64,000 nucleotides of DNA from Patescibacteria group bacterium. GTDB lineage: Bacteria > Patescibacteriota > Minisyncoccia > Phycocordibacterales > JAKAEA01. A program made the translations under genes and the position numbers. The stretch is from positions 718,922-782,921 of the forward strand of contig JAZKCY010000001.1 of NCBI GenBank assembly GCA_040387855.1. The letters are read 5' to 3'. The notes beneath the pieces are model-generated. The model made no database searches and was not told the DNA's origin. It worked only from the letters and a program-made list of their open reading frames with translations. Positions 25,856 through 34,004 of this stretch are shown piece after piece. Every line of letters begins with the position of its first letter. The stretch's first letter is position 1.

Positions 25856-27031
25856 ATGGCACAACGATCAATAGATAAAGTGAAACCAAGTGTGGAATAT
25901 TGGGTCTCTCATAATATAACTAAAGCATTTGAAATTGCTCTCTATTATGGTTTTAATTACATTAGTCCTATTGTTGTAGAAAAAAGTGATATTGACGCGC
26001 TGAAAAATCTTGATGTTGATGATCTCATAGCTATCACTCCGCATGTTAAACCAGATGAAGAGTTGGCAGTTCTTCGACAGCACGTAGTAAAAAATCTTGG
26101 TCATCTGCCTTTTACACTATTCCGAGATCGAATTGTTACTGATAAAAAAAGCACTCGACATGAATGCTGTCTCGATATCATAGGAACCACTCGTCCTATT
26201 TCTGATGCTACTGTTATTAAAACAGCATATGAAATTGCACGAAAAGAAGGATTTGAAAATTTAGAATTAGAAATAAATAGTATTGGAGATAAAGATTCTC
26301 TTGCTCGTTTTAATCGTGAATTAACAAACTATTTTAAAAAACATCTCAACGAACTTGATCCAGAATGTAAGCAAGTTTTGAAAAAAGATGTGTTTGCAGC
26401 TATTACATGTACACATGAAAAATGTCAGACGATTAAAAATAATGCTCCAAAGGCAATAAATTATCTCTCTGAACCTTCACGAACTCATCTAAAAGAAATT
26501 TTAGAACAACTCGAAATGTCGAATATTCTCTATTCGATTAATAGTTGTTTGATCGATGGTCATAACTTTGCGTCGCATACTATCTTCAGAATATATGCTA
26601 CAGAAAACGAAAAGCGTATTGTGGTTGCAAGTGGCTGTCGCTGGGGAGGATTGGCAAAACGCTTGGGACTTAAAAAAGATATTCAAGGCATTAGTGCTGT
26701 TGTATCAATTAATAAACAAGAACCAAAAGCTGCAAAGAAATTACCTAAGCCAAAATTCTTCTTTATTCAAATGGGTCAAGAAGCAAAAATGCGTAGTTTG
26801 ATGCTCATAGAAATTTTGCGTGAAGCGAATATTCCAATCTACCATGCGCTTACCAAAGACAAGCTTACAGCCCAGCTTTCTAGCGCTGAAAACCTCAATG
26901 TTCCCTATATTCTTATTATGGGTCAAAAAGAGAGTATGGAGCGTACAGTCCTTGTGCGTGAAATGTACAATAGATCTCAGGAAACTGTTAAAATTGATGC
27001 TATTGCAGACTATTTGCGTAAACTTATTTGA
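25856..27031 (+). CDS. histidyl-tRNA-synthetase-like protein (class II core plus anticodon-binding domain) with degenerate catalytic motifs
   Basis: The 391-aa product follows the HisRS-like layout. It starts with a 'ALYYGFNYISPIVVEKSD' segment. The motif-2 region reads 'FRDRIVTDKKSTRHECCLDIIG', against FRYERPQ.GR.REF.Q.g.E..G in HisRS. The motif-3 region reads 'GCRWGGL', against GGRYD. The C-terminal HGTP_anticodon domain reads 'FFFIQMGQEA...PYILIMGQKE'. Confidence 0.6.
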   Translation: MAQRSIDKVKPSVEYWVSHNITKAFEIALYYGFNYISPIVVEKSDIDALKNLDVDDLIAITPHVKPDEELAVLRQHVVKNLGHLPFTLFRDRIVTDKKSTRHECCLDIIGTTRPISDATVIKTAYEIARKEGFENLELEINSIGDKDSLARFNRELTNYFKKHLNELDPECKQVLKKDVFAAITCTHEKCQTIKNNAPKAINYLSEPSRTHLKEILEQLEMSNILYSINSCLIDGHNFASHTIFRIYATENEKRIVVASGCRWGGLAKRLGLKKDIQGISAVVSINKQEPKAAKKLPKPKFFFIQMGQEAKMRSLMLIEILREANIPIYHALTKDKLTAQLSSAENLNVPYILIMGQKESMERTVLVREMYNRSQETVKIDAIADYLRKLI

Positions 27032-27052
27032 TGTGCTAATCTACATTCCTAT

Positions 27053-27286
27053 ATGATAAACGTTGAAGTACAGAAAAATAACAACGAAAACGCAACCAAC
27101 CTTTTAAAGCGCTTTACAAAGCGGGTACAAGGATCTGGAGTTCTTATGCGAGTTCGAGGCCTTCGTTATGCAGAGCGGTCAGAATCTCGCTATGTTAAGA
27201 AGAAGAGAACCTTAAAATCAATCCGTCGCCGAACAGCTCATGAAATTCAAGTGAAATTGGGCAAAGTGACCGATCAGTCTCGATAA
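27053..27286 (+). CDS. rpsU: 30S ribosomal protein S21
   Basis: 'MINVEVQKNNNENATNLLKRFTKRVQGSGVLMRVRGLRYAERSESRYVKKKR' matches the S21 pattern; 77 aa. Confidence 0.8.
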   Translation: MINVEVQKNNNENATNLLKRFTKRVQGSGVLMRVRGLRYAERSESRYVKKKRTLKSIRRRTAHEIQVKLGKVTDQSR

Positions 27287-27296
27287 TACTAACGTA

Positions 27297-27680
27297 ATGG
27301 ATAGCGCGTTTACGCTTCTCAATAAAACAAAAGGCAAGCTTCCAAGCTTGCCTTTTGCCGACATGAAAACAGCAATACTCGGAAATGGGTATGAGCTTTC
27401 TCTTGTATTTGTTTCAGAAAAAGAAATGCATGAAATAAATATGAAGAGTCGCGGCAAAGATAAGCCAACAAATATTTTAAGTTTCCCGCTTGATGCACAC
27501 ACAGGTGAAATTTTTATTTGTCCTACATATTCAAAAAAAGAAGCACCTGATTTTGATCGAACATACGAAAATTATCTCGCATTTTTATTTATCCACGGTT
27601 TGGTGCATTTGAAAGGATTCGATCATGGTAGTAGAATGGAAGCTGAGGAGGAAAAATTCCGCACACTTTTTGGAATTTAA
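27297..27680 (+). CDS. ybeY: endoribonuclease YbeY (rRNA maturation factor)
   Basis: The metal-binding motif 'HGLVHLKGFDH' is present; 127 aa. Confidence 0.85.
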   Translation: MDSAFTLLNKTKGKLPSLPFADMKTAILGNGYELSLVFVSEKEMHEINMKSRGKDKPTNILSFPLDAHTGEIFICPTYSKKEAPDFDRTYENYLAFLFIHGLVHLKGFDHGSRMEAEEEKFRTLFGI

Positions 27681-27708
27681 CTAAACCCAATCTCATTCTA
27701 ATTATCAC

Positions 27709-28884
27709 GTGGCTCGCAATATTACAGTAGGCATAGACGTAGGCACACATCATGTAAAAGTGGTGGTTGCGGAGCTTGTTCGTGGAAAAGAAAAACCATT
27801 TCCTAAAATTATTGGTACAGGTATTTCTGAAACAAAAGGATTACGTCACGGCTACGTGATGAGTGCAGCTGATGCAGCAAAAAGTATTCGACAAGCTGTG
27901 CGACAAGCAGAAAAAGCATCTGGAATAGAAATCAAACGAGCGTTTGTATCTATTGGTGGACTTGGAGTAAATGGCACTATCGCACAAAGCTCTGTAATAG
28001 TTTCTCGAGGTGACTCAGAGATTACTGACCTTGATGTAAAGAAGGCTTTAGAAGCGTGTGAAAATGAACTTCCCAATTCCCTTTCAATGAATAGAAAGAT
28101 TATTCATTCTATTCCTGTTTCATACAAAATAGATGGACGAGTTGTATTGGGCCGACCTCAAGGAATGCGTGGTATGAAGCTTGAGTCGCGAACGCTTTTT
28201 ATTACTTGTCTTGAGCAACATCTAAATGATCTTATTCAAGTTCTTGGAGATATTGGAATCGAAGTTGATGATGTTATGGCGAGTCCACTTGCATCAAGTC
28301 TTGTTGCCCTTTCAAAAACTCAAAAAATAGCTGGATGTATCTTAGCAAACATTGGATCAGAAACAGTATCACTTGTCGTCTTTGAAAATAACATTCCAAT
28401 ATCTCTTGAAGTATTTCCTCTCGGTTCTGTAGATATTACTCATGACATTGCACTTGGTCTTAAAGTTTCATTAGAAGAAGCAGAGGCATTAAAAACCGGA
28501 GTTGCTACAAATGTAAATTATTCTAAAAAGAAACTAGAAGAAATTATTGATGCACGACTCAGTGATATTTTTGAACTTATTGAAACACATTTAAAAAAGA
28601 TTGGTCGCAATGGATTATTGCCAGCAGGAATTATTATGACGGGTGGTGGCTCAGGTGTAGAAAGCATCGAAGAACTCGCACGACTTTCACTTAAGCTTCC
28701 AGCAAAGATTGGCCAAGTGTCTTTCGATGGAGATACTCGTGGACTCAAAAATAATACCTGGTCTGTTGCTTATGGATTGTGCATCCTTGGATTTACTCAA
28801 GGAGATGAGCCTTCTCTTGGAATTAAGATTGCCGTAAATACAAAAAATAGTTTTCTCGCGTGGATTAAGCAGTTTTTACCATAA
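27709..28884 (+). CDS. ftsA: cell division protein FtsA
   Basis: Actin-like ATPase with 'VGIDVGTHHVKVVVAE' and 'GIIMTGGGSGVESIEELA'. It lies immediately upstream of ftsZ. Confidence 0.88.
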   Translation: MARNITVGIDVGTHHVKVVVAELVRGKEKPFPKIIGTGISETKGLRHGYVMSAADAAKSIRQAVRQAEKASGIEIKRAFVSIGGLGVNGTIAQSSVIVSRGDSEITDLDVKKALEACENELPNSLSMNRKIIHSIPVSYKIDGRVVLGRPQGMRGMKLESRTLFITCLEQHLNDLIQVLGDIGIEVDDVMASPLASSLVALSKTQKIAGCILANIGSETVSLVVFENNIPISLEVFPLGSVDITHDIALGLKVSLEEAEALKTGVATNVNYSKKKLEEIIDARLSDIFELIETHLKKIGRNGLLPAGIIMTGGGSGVESIEELARLSLKLPAKIGQVSFDGDTRGLKNNTWSVAYGLCILGFTQGDEPSLGIKIAVNTKNSFLAWIKQFLP

Positions 28885-28990
28885 TACAATTAAATTACAG
28901 CACGAAAAGAAATAACTTCAAGTGTTTTTCTTTTATGACTCCGTATAGTATGATGTATGAACAAAAAGCAGACTAACCAGTCAAGAAATC

Positions 28991-30217
28991 ATGCCACAAG
29001 TAAAACCCGAAGTTGAATCATTTGCACGTATAAAGGTAGTAGGTATTGGAGGTTCCGGAAAAAATGCTGTTAACCATATGATTAACTCTAAGGTTAAGGG
29101 TGTAGAATTCGTTGCTATCAACACCGATGCTCAAGACCTCCACAACTCTCTCGCAAAACGAAAGATCCACATTGGAAAAAATGTAACTCGAGGACTTGGT
29201 GCCGGTATGAACCCTGAGCTTGGAAAACGAGCTGCAGAAGAAACTAAAGAAGAGATCCAAGAAGCACTTAAGGGTGCTGATATGATCTTCCTTGCTGGAG
29301 GAAAAGGAGGAGGTACTGGAACAGGTGCTATGCCAGTGGTAGCAAAGGTAGCAAAAGAAATGGGAGCACTTACTGTTGCAGTGGTTACAAAGCCTTTCTT
29401 CTTTGAAGGACAGCAGCGAATGCGATTTGCAGAACAAGGTATTGAAGAACTCAAGAAATCAGTGGATGCTATTATCATCATCCCTAACGACAGAATTCTA
29501 AATACCATTGCGAAAGACACTACAGCAAAGCAAGCATTCATGCTCTGTGATGAAATCCTAAAGCAAGCGGTAGAAGGTATTTCTGATCTTATTACAACTC
29601 CTGGAGTTATCAACGTAGACTTCGCCGACATCCGAGCAATTCTCGACAATGCAGGTTCTGCTCTTATGGGTATCGGAATGGCTAGTGGTGAAAAGCGCGC
29701 AGAAGAAGCAGCAAAGGGAGCAATCAATTCTCCACTTCTCGATCTTTCAATCCACGGTGCGAAAGGAGTTCTCTTCTCAATTGCAGGTGGTGACGATCTA
29801 ACAATGTTTGAAATTCAGGATGCAGCTAAGATCATTACAGAATCTGTTGATCCAAATGCAAAGATTATTTTCGGTACAGTTCGAGATGAAAAGCTCAAGA
29901 AAAATGAACTTAAAGTAACTGTTATTGCTTCAGGTTTCCCAGAAGCAGGACGACGAGGAGTATTTCAAGAAACTGTAATACCTGCTCAGCGTGAAGTTCC
30001 TGTTTCAGAACCTGTAGTAGAACGAGTTCCTGAACGACAAGTTATTCCTCCAGCTCAAGAGCGAGGACGAATCTACAACAGTGTAACTCCAAATCCAATT
30101 AACCCAGTTAATAAGGATATGCGAGAAGCTCCAAAACCTGTTGATGAAAAGAAAAATAACGACGATGATGACTGGGGTGCAATTCCCGCTTTCCTCCGAA
30201 GATCAAAGATTAAATAA
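28991..30217 (+). CDS. ftsZ: cell division protein FtsZ
   Basis: 'IKVVGIGGSGKNAVNHMI' and the tubulin signature 'LAGGKGGGTGTGAMPVVA' are present; 408 aa. Confidence 0.95.
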   Translation: MPQVKPEVESFARIKVVGIGGSGKNAVNHMINSKVKGVEFVAINTDAQDLHNSLAKRKIHIGKNVTRGLGAGMNPELGKRAAEETKEEIQEALKGADMIFLAGGKGGGTGTGAMPVVAKVAKEMGALTVAVVTKPFFFEGQQRMRFAEQGIEELKKSVDAIIIIPNDRILNTIAKDTTAKQAFMLCDEILKQAVEGISDLITTPGVINVDFADIRAILDNAGSALMGIGMASGEKRAEEAAKGAINSPLLDLSIHGAKGVLFSIAGGDDLTMFEIQDAAKIITESVDPNAKIIFGTVRDEKLKKNELKVTVIASGFPEAGRRGVFQETVIPAQREVPVSEPVVERVPERQVIPPAQERGRIYNSVTPNPINPVNKDMREAPKPVDEKKNNDDDDWGAIPAFLRRSKIK

Positions 30218-30220
30218 AAC

Positions 30221-30253
30221 AAAAAGCTCTGACTAAACTTCAGGGCTTTTTTG
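30221..30253 (+). terminator. rho-independent terminator after ftsZ
   Basis: Stem agctctga/tcagggct followed by tttttt. Confidence 0.6.
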
Positions 30254-30257
30254 TTAC

Positions 30258-30285
30258 TTGATTTTATGAATATTTATGATATAAT
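30258..30285 (+). promoter_or_regulatory. candidate sigma70 promoter of a GC-rich orphan transcription unit
   Basis: -35 TTGATT at 30258-30263; 16-nt spacer; -10 TATAAT at 30280-30285. Confidence 0.45.
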
Positions 30286-30330
30286 AAATATGTACTTAGG
30301 TCTTTCCATACACTCACCCACGAGGTTGCC

Positions 30331-30558
30331 ATGATGATTCCCCAGTCGATCACGGTGCGAAGCCTCGCATGTGCTTCCATAGCAAAAGCTTGGTTTAGGT
30401 CTTGGCGTCGACGGGTTTGGACGGCTCGGCTAGACAGCGCACAACGAATGCTGTCTCACCTGTCAAAAGAACCTCCCGATCCCTTCACCGATCTGTCTCT
30501 CGAAACCTACGAGCGTAGAGCTAAGGTTGCGAGAGAGAAGATCGAGCACTGGAAGTAA
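30331..30558 (+). CDS. hypothetical 75-aa basic protein in a ~340-bp GC-rich patch (could instead be part of a structured ncRNA)
   Basis: GC is about 55%, against about 37% in the flanks. The patch is bounded by a promoter at 30258-30285 and a hairpin 'cccaccttcgcgaccgcgttggtggg' plus T-run at about 30598-30632. The product 'MMIPQSITVRSLACASIAKAWFRSWRRRVW...' has no recognisable family. Confidence 0.3.
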   Translation: MMIPQSITVRSLACASIAKAWFRSWRRRVWTARLDSAQRMLSHLSKEPPDPFTDLSLETYERRAKVAREKIEHWK

Positions 30559-30646
30559 GCCGCACACGTCCACGGCATATTGGACACAGCCCACCTTCGC
30601 GACCGCGTTGGTGGGCAAAACTTTTATACTTTGATATATAAGTGCT

Positions 30647-31591
30647 TTGTTATATACTATACAAACTATGACATACGATCTCGCAATCATTGGAGGAGGA
30701 CCAGCTGGAGTAGCTGCAGGTGTTTATGCTGCTCGAAAGCGCCTTAAGACCGTGCTCATTACCAATGACTTCCAAAATCAAAGTTCTGTTTCAGAGCATA
30801 TTCAAAATTGGATTGGAACTATTTCTATTTCTGGAACTGATCTTTCAAAAAACTTTGAAGCACATCTTGAAGCCTACAAGGGAGATGTTTTAGATATCAA
30901 AAAAGGTCATTGGACCAACTCAGTAGTTAAAGAAGGAAATGAGTTTGTAATCACCACAGATAAAGAAACCTTCCGAGCAAAAACTGTGCTTACTACCGTA
31001 GGAAGTCGAAGACGAAAACTTGAAGTTCCTGGTGCAGAAGAATTTGATAATAAAGGTCTTACCTATTGTGCATCATGTGATGGTCCCCTTTTTGCTGATA
31101 TGGATGTGGTAGTGCTTGGCGGAGGAAACGCAGCATTTGAATCTGCAGCTCAGCTTTTGGCATACTGCAAATCAGTAACCCTTCTTACTCGTAATGAATT
31201 TCGCGCAGATCAAATTACTGTTGATGCTCTTCTCAAGAATCCAAAATTCAAAGCTATTACCCATACTGATATTCTCGAAGTTAAGGGTGACAAGTTTGTA
31301 AATGGCATTGTGTATAAAAACAGAAATACTGGCGAGACTATTTCACTTCCTGTTTCCGGAATCTTTGTGGAAATCGGATTACTTCCAAATACTGATCTCA
31401 TGAAAGGTGTGGTAAATCTTGATACCTACGGACACATTGTTGTAGATCCTCGCACTCAGCGAACTTCTGTTGAAGGAATCTGGGCAGCTGGAGATTGTAC
31501 CGATGGTATCTATCATCAAAATAATATTGCGGCAGGAGATGCAGTGAAGGCTCTCGAAGATATTTATATCTATCTTCATCTCAAACGATAA
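30647..31591 (+). CDS. trxB: thioredoxin-disulfide reductase
   Basis: FAD site 'DLAIIGGGPAGVAAGVYAAR'; redox-active 'CASCDG'; NADPH site 'VVLGGGNAAFE'. Confidence 0.9.
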   Translation: MLYTIQTMTYDLAIIGGGPAGVAAGVYAARKRLKTVLITNDFQNQSSVSEHIQNWIGTISISGTDLSKNFEAHLEAYKGDVLDIKKGHWTNSVVKEGNEFVITTDKETFRAKTVLTTVGSRRRKLEVPGAEEFDNKGLTYCASCDGPLFADMDVVVLGGGNAAFESAAQLLAYCKSVTLLTRNEFRADQITVDALLKNPKFKAITHTDILEVKGDKFVNGIVYKNRNTGETISLPVSGIFVEIGLLPNTDLMKGVVNLDTYGHIVVDPRTQRTSVEGIWAAGDCTDGIYHQNNIAAGDAVKALEDIYIYLHLKR

Positions 31592-31603
31592 AATCTAACC
31601 AAT

Positions 31604-31640
31604 AAAAAACCTCTCAAAATGTATTTGCGAGGGTTTTTTA
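31604..31640. terminator. terminator between trxB and a convergent small gene
   Basis: Stem cctctcaaa/tttgcgagg (one mismatch) with loop atgta, followed by gtttttta. Confidence 0.5.
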
Positions 31641-31643
31641 TTA

Positions 31644-31814
31644 TTACATGTTATCTGGAGCTTGCCCGGCAATTGGCCCTGATGATATATTATTTTCTTC
31701 CATTTCGCCATCGTTATCAAGTTCTGGCATTGAACCTATTTCTTCCGATTCAACAACATCGCCAGCATCGTCTACATCATCTGTCCCAATAACTGCATCA
31801 TCATCTTTTGCCAT
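31644..31814 (-). CDS. small acidic protein (56 aa), hypothetical; not in the ORF track (<60 aa)
   Basis: The reverse-strand ORF 'MAKDDDAVIGTDDVDDAGDVVESEEIGSMPELDNDGEMEENNISSGPIAGQAPDNM' is co-directional with, and 30 nt downstream of, the YciF-like gene. The listed + strand ORF 31648..31830 is its Ser-rich mirror. There is no clear SD. Confidence 0.3.
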   Translation of the reverse strand: MAKDDDAVIGTDDVDDAGDVVESEEIGSMPELDNDGEMEENNISSGPIAGQAPDNM

Positions 31815-31844
31815 AAATATATTTGTTTAATTTAATAAATAAAA

Positions 31845-32381
31845 TTAATCTGCCTCTTTTTCCTCATCTATATCTTCATCTTTATCACTTTTCATAAAAG
31901 CCTCTACATTCATTGCATCTTCTGCAAGCTGACTAAGCTTCTGATCAGTCTCTTCTTCTTCAGTAAGTGTCTCACCCAAAAGCTCGGCAACATCATCATA
32001 GCCCAATTGTTCAGCCCATGCACGTGCCGTACCATATCCAGCCATTTCCAAATGCTCTACATACTGCGCTGCACCAATAAGAGATGCATCAAGAGCTTCT
32101 GGCGTCATATCTTCATCCATGAGCCATTTTGCGTCTTCTACAAGCCCTCTAATTGATTCAACCTTTGTCTTTTGAGGCTTCTTTCCAAGGATTTCAAATG
32201 CTTCTTCCAAACGTTCTTTCTGTCCTATACTTTGTTCACAATGCTCGGTAAAAGCTGCTTTCAAATCTGGGCTTGAAGCTTTCTTGGCCATCTTTGGCAA
32301 AGCTTTGATAATCTCATGCTCAATATCATAGAGTGATTTAAGTTTGAGAATAAAAATGTCTTCGAGTGAACTGTATTTCAT
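31845..32381 (-). CDS. ferritin-like protein of the YciE/YciF (DUF892) family
   Basis: 'MKYSSLEDIFILKLKSLYDIEHEIIKALPKMAKKASSPDLKAAFTEHCEQSIGQKERLEEAF...AAQYVEHLEMAGYGTARAWAEQLG' aligns along its whole length with YciF-type proteins. The start is taken at the Met at 32381 rather than the track's 32501. Confidence 0.75.
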   Translation of the reverse strand: MKYSSLEDIFILKLKSLYDIEHEIIKALPKMAKKASSPDLKAAFTEHCEQSIGQKERLEEAFEILGKKPQKTKVESIRGLVEDAKWLMDEDMTPEALDASLIGAAQYVEHLEMAGYGTARAWAEQLGYDDVAELLGETLTEEEETDQKLSQLAEDAMNVEAFMKSDKDEDIDEEKEAD

Positions 32382-32515
32382 AAGATTTATATTAAACGTA
32401 TAACACAATTCATGACGAAGAAATATAGGAGAGCTTACAATGACAAAGCCCCACAAAACGCAGACGGGGGTCTTTGTCTCATGGGGCCGACTTTTTCTCA
32501 ACTCCTTTGTATGTG

Positions 32516-32872
32516 TTACTCATCTTTGATGAACTCCAGTTTCATGACGGGACCGGTGTAGAAGGAAATCTTGAGGGTTCCTTTCAAACTACAGTCCTGA
32601 GTCATCATGGGGAGGGACACCGAAGATTCACCTGCTGGTACAACGATCTTGAAGGGATTTAATCCCTGGCCGAACATGTAGTACTCACTACCCACAGTGA
32701 CGATGACGGTTTGACCAGTGTCATTGTTGAAGGTAGGTGTCATGGTGACCGATTCGGTCATGCTCAGTGGTGCTGGCGTGGGCTGTGTGTTTTTAGGCAC
32801 ATAGATGTCACAACCAGTGAGCAACACAGATACGGAGAGGAAAAGAACGCAGAGATAGTCACGAAGTCGCAT
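32516..32872 (-). CDS. putative lipoprotein (lipobox LLTGC), hypothetical
   Basis: The 118-aa product has the signal peptide 'MRLRDYLCVLFLSVSVLLTGC' with Cys+1. Its GC is visibly higher than that of its neighbours. Confidence 0.5.
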   Translation of the reverse strand: MRLRDYLCVLFLSVSVLLTGCDIYVPKNTQPTPAPLSMTESVTMTPTFNNDTGQTVIVTVGSEYYMFGQGLNPFKIVVPAGESSVSLPMMTQDCSLKGTLKISFYTGPVMKLEFIKDE

Positions 32873-32984
32873 CAGCCATTTCCTGTAAAAAAGACTAGAC
32901 TACTCACTCAAAATACATAATATCACAAAATAGCGTATTTGTCAATAATTTGATACGCCTATAAATAGCAAGAATTAGTACTTG

Positions 32985-33902
32985 CTACTTTAGAAACTTA
33001 ACAGACTGAACCGTATCTTTAATGCTGTTCTCTACCAGTGGGAAGTTCTTTTCACTTGAAACAGAAATGATTTGAAAAATCTTTAGATTATAATCAAAGA
33101 TATAATTACTTATTGTCGCTTTCATTCCCTTTTCAGTTGTTGCATTCAACTTTACATAGTATGCATCTCGTCCGTCTACTTTAACTACATAGCTTTCAAT
33201 AAACTGAGCATCTGGAAAAGTACTTCTCAAACTGTTCTCATATCTTTTAGGATCATTCTTTAGAGAATTTACAAATTCTCCCTCTGTAGTTGTAAAATTC
33301 ACGGGCAAATCCATAATTTGAACTCCAATAATAGTGTCTTCATTTCGAGTGTCATATGCTGCAACATCATAACCACCTCCATTAATTTGAGTCCAATCTT
33401 GTGGAAATGTAATTTCGTATTTATCTTCTTGATCTGTAAAAGAGTTTTCTAAGTTATCTGACTGCTGTACTGAAAATCCTCTGTTTTCAAGTGCTTTTTC
33501 TACAAGAAGCGGTTTTGCATAAAATTGAAACGTAAAGCCAATTGCAAGCAGGATAAACATTGCAATGAATGAAATTCTATTTGCTTGTTTAGCTTTAGCA
33601 GGATGTGTCTTATGCCACATGAAATACAATACAGCACCAACGATAATAGGACTTACGAGGAAATTAAAAACCCAAGTAAGTACTTTCTCCTGGGTGGTTA
33701 ATCGCTCCATATTTACGGTATCAGCCAACTCAAACTTTTTTGTTCGAGCTCCTATCATTGTTCCCGCAGCAGTAATTACAATGAGTGTTATGAATGCTAA
33801 AACTCCAGAGATTTGTGAAGCAACAGCACTCATGAGTAACCCCACAAAAAATCCATAAAACATTCCTCGTACCATTCCTTTTCTATTTATTGATGAATCC
33901 AT
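32985..33902 (-). CDS. hypothetical membrane protein with 4 TM helices and a C-terminal extracytoplasmic domain
   Basis: The start is taken at Met19 (MDSSINRKG...), position 33902. TM helices occur in the first ~150 aa, followed by a soluble domain. Confidence 0.55.
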   Translation of the reverse strand: MDSSINRKGMVRGMFYGFFVGLLMSAVASQISGVLAFITLIVITAAGTMIGARTKKFELADTVNMERLTTQEKVLTWVFNFLVSPIIVGAVLYFMWHKTHPAKAKQANRISFIAMFILLAIGFTFQFYAKPLLVEKALENRGFSVQQSDNLENSFTDQEDKYEITFPQDWTQINGGGYDVAAYDTRNEDTIIGVQIMDLPVNFTTTEGEFVNSLKNDPKRYENSLRSTFPDAQFIESYVVKVDGRDAYYVKLNATTEKGMKATISNYIFDYNLKIFQIISVSSEKNFPLVENSIKDTVQSVKFLK

Positions 33903-34004
33903 GAAGATATATAGTGATACCTCTACAATATCACACTCATACAAAACAAAAACCATCCTACTGTGTGTAAGATGGTTTTTGTTTTAATTTAGTTTCGAGA
34001 ACTA

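Noticed and set aside
29131-29727. 198-aa ORF antisense to ftsZ
   Set aside because: It is the mirror frame of a highly conserved gene. Spurious.
31648-31830. 60-aa Ser-rich + strand ORF
   Set aside because: It is low-complexity, has no SD, and runs convergent into the terminator. The complementary acidic ORF (31644..31814, minus) is co-directional with the adjacent YciF-like gene and is marginally more plausible, though still of low confidence.
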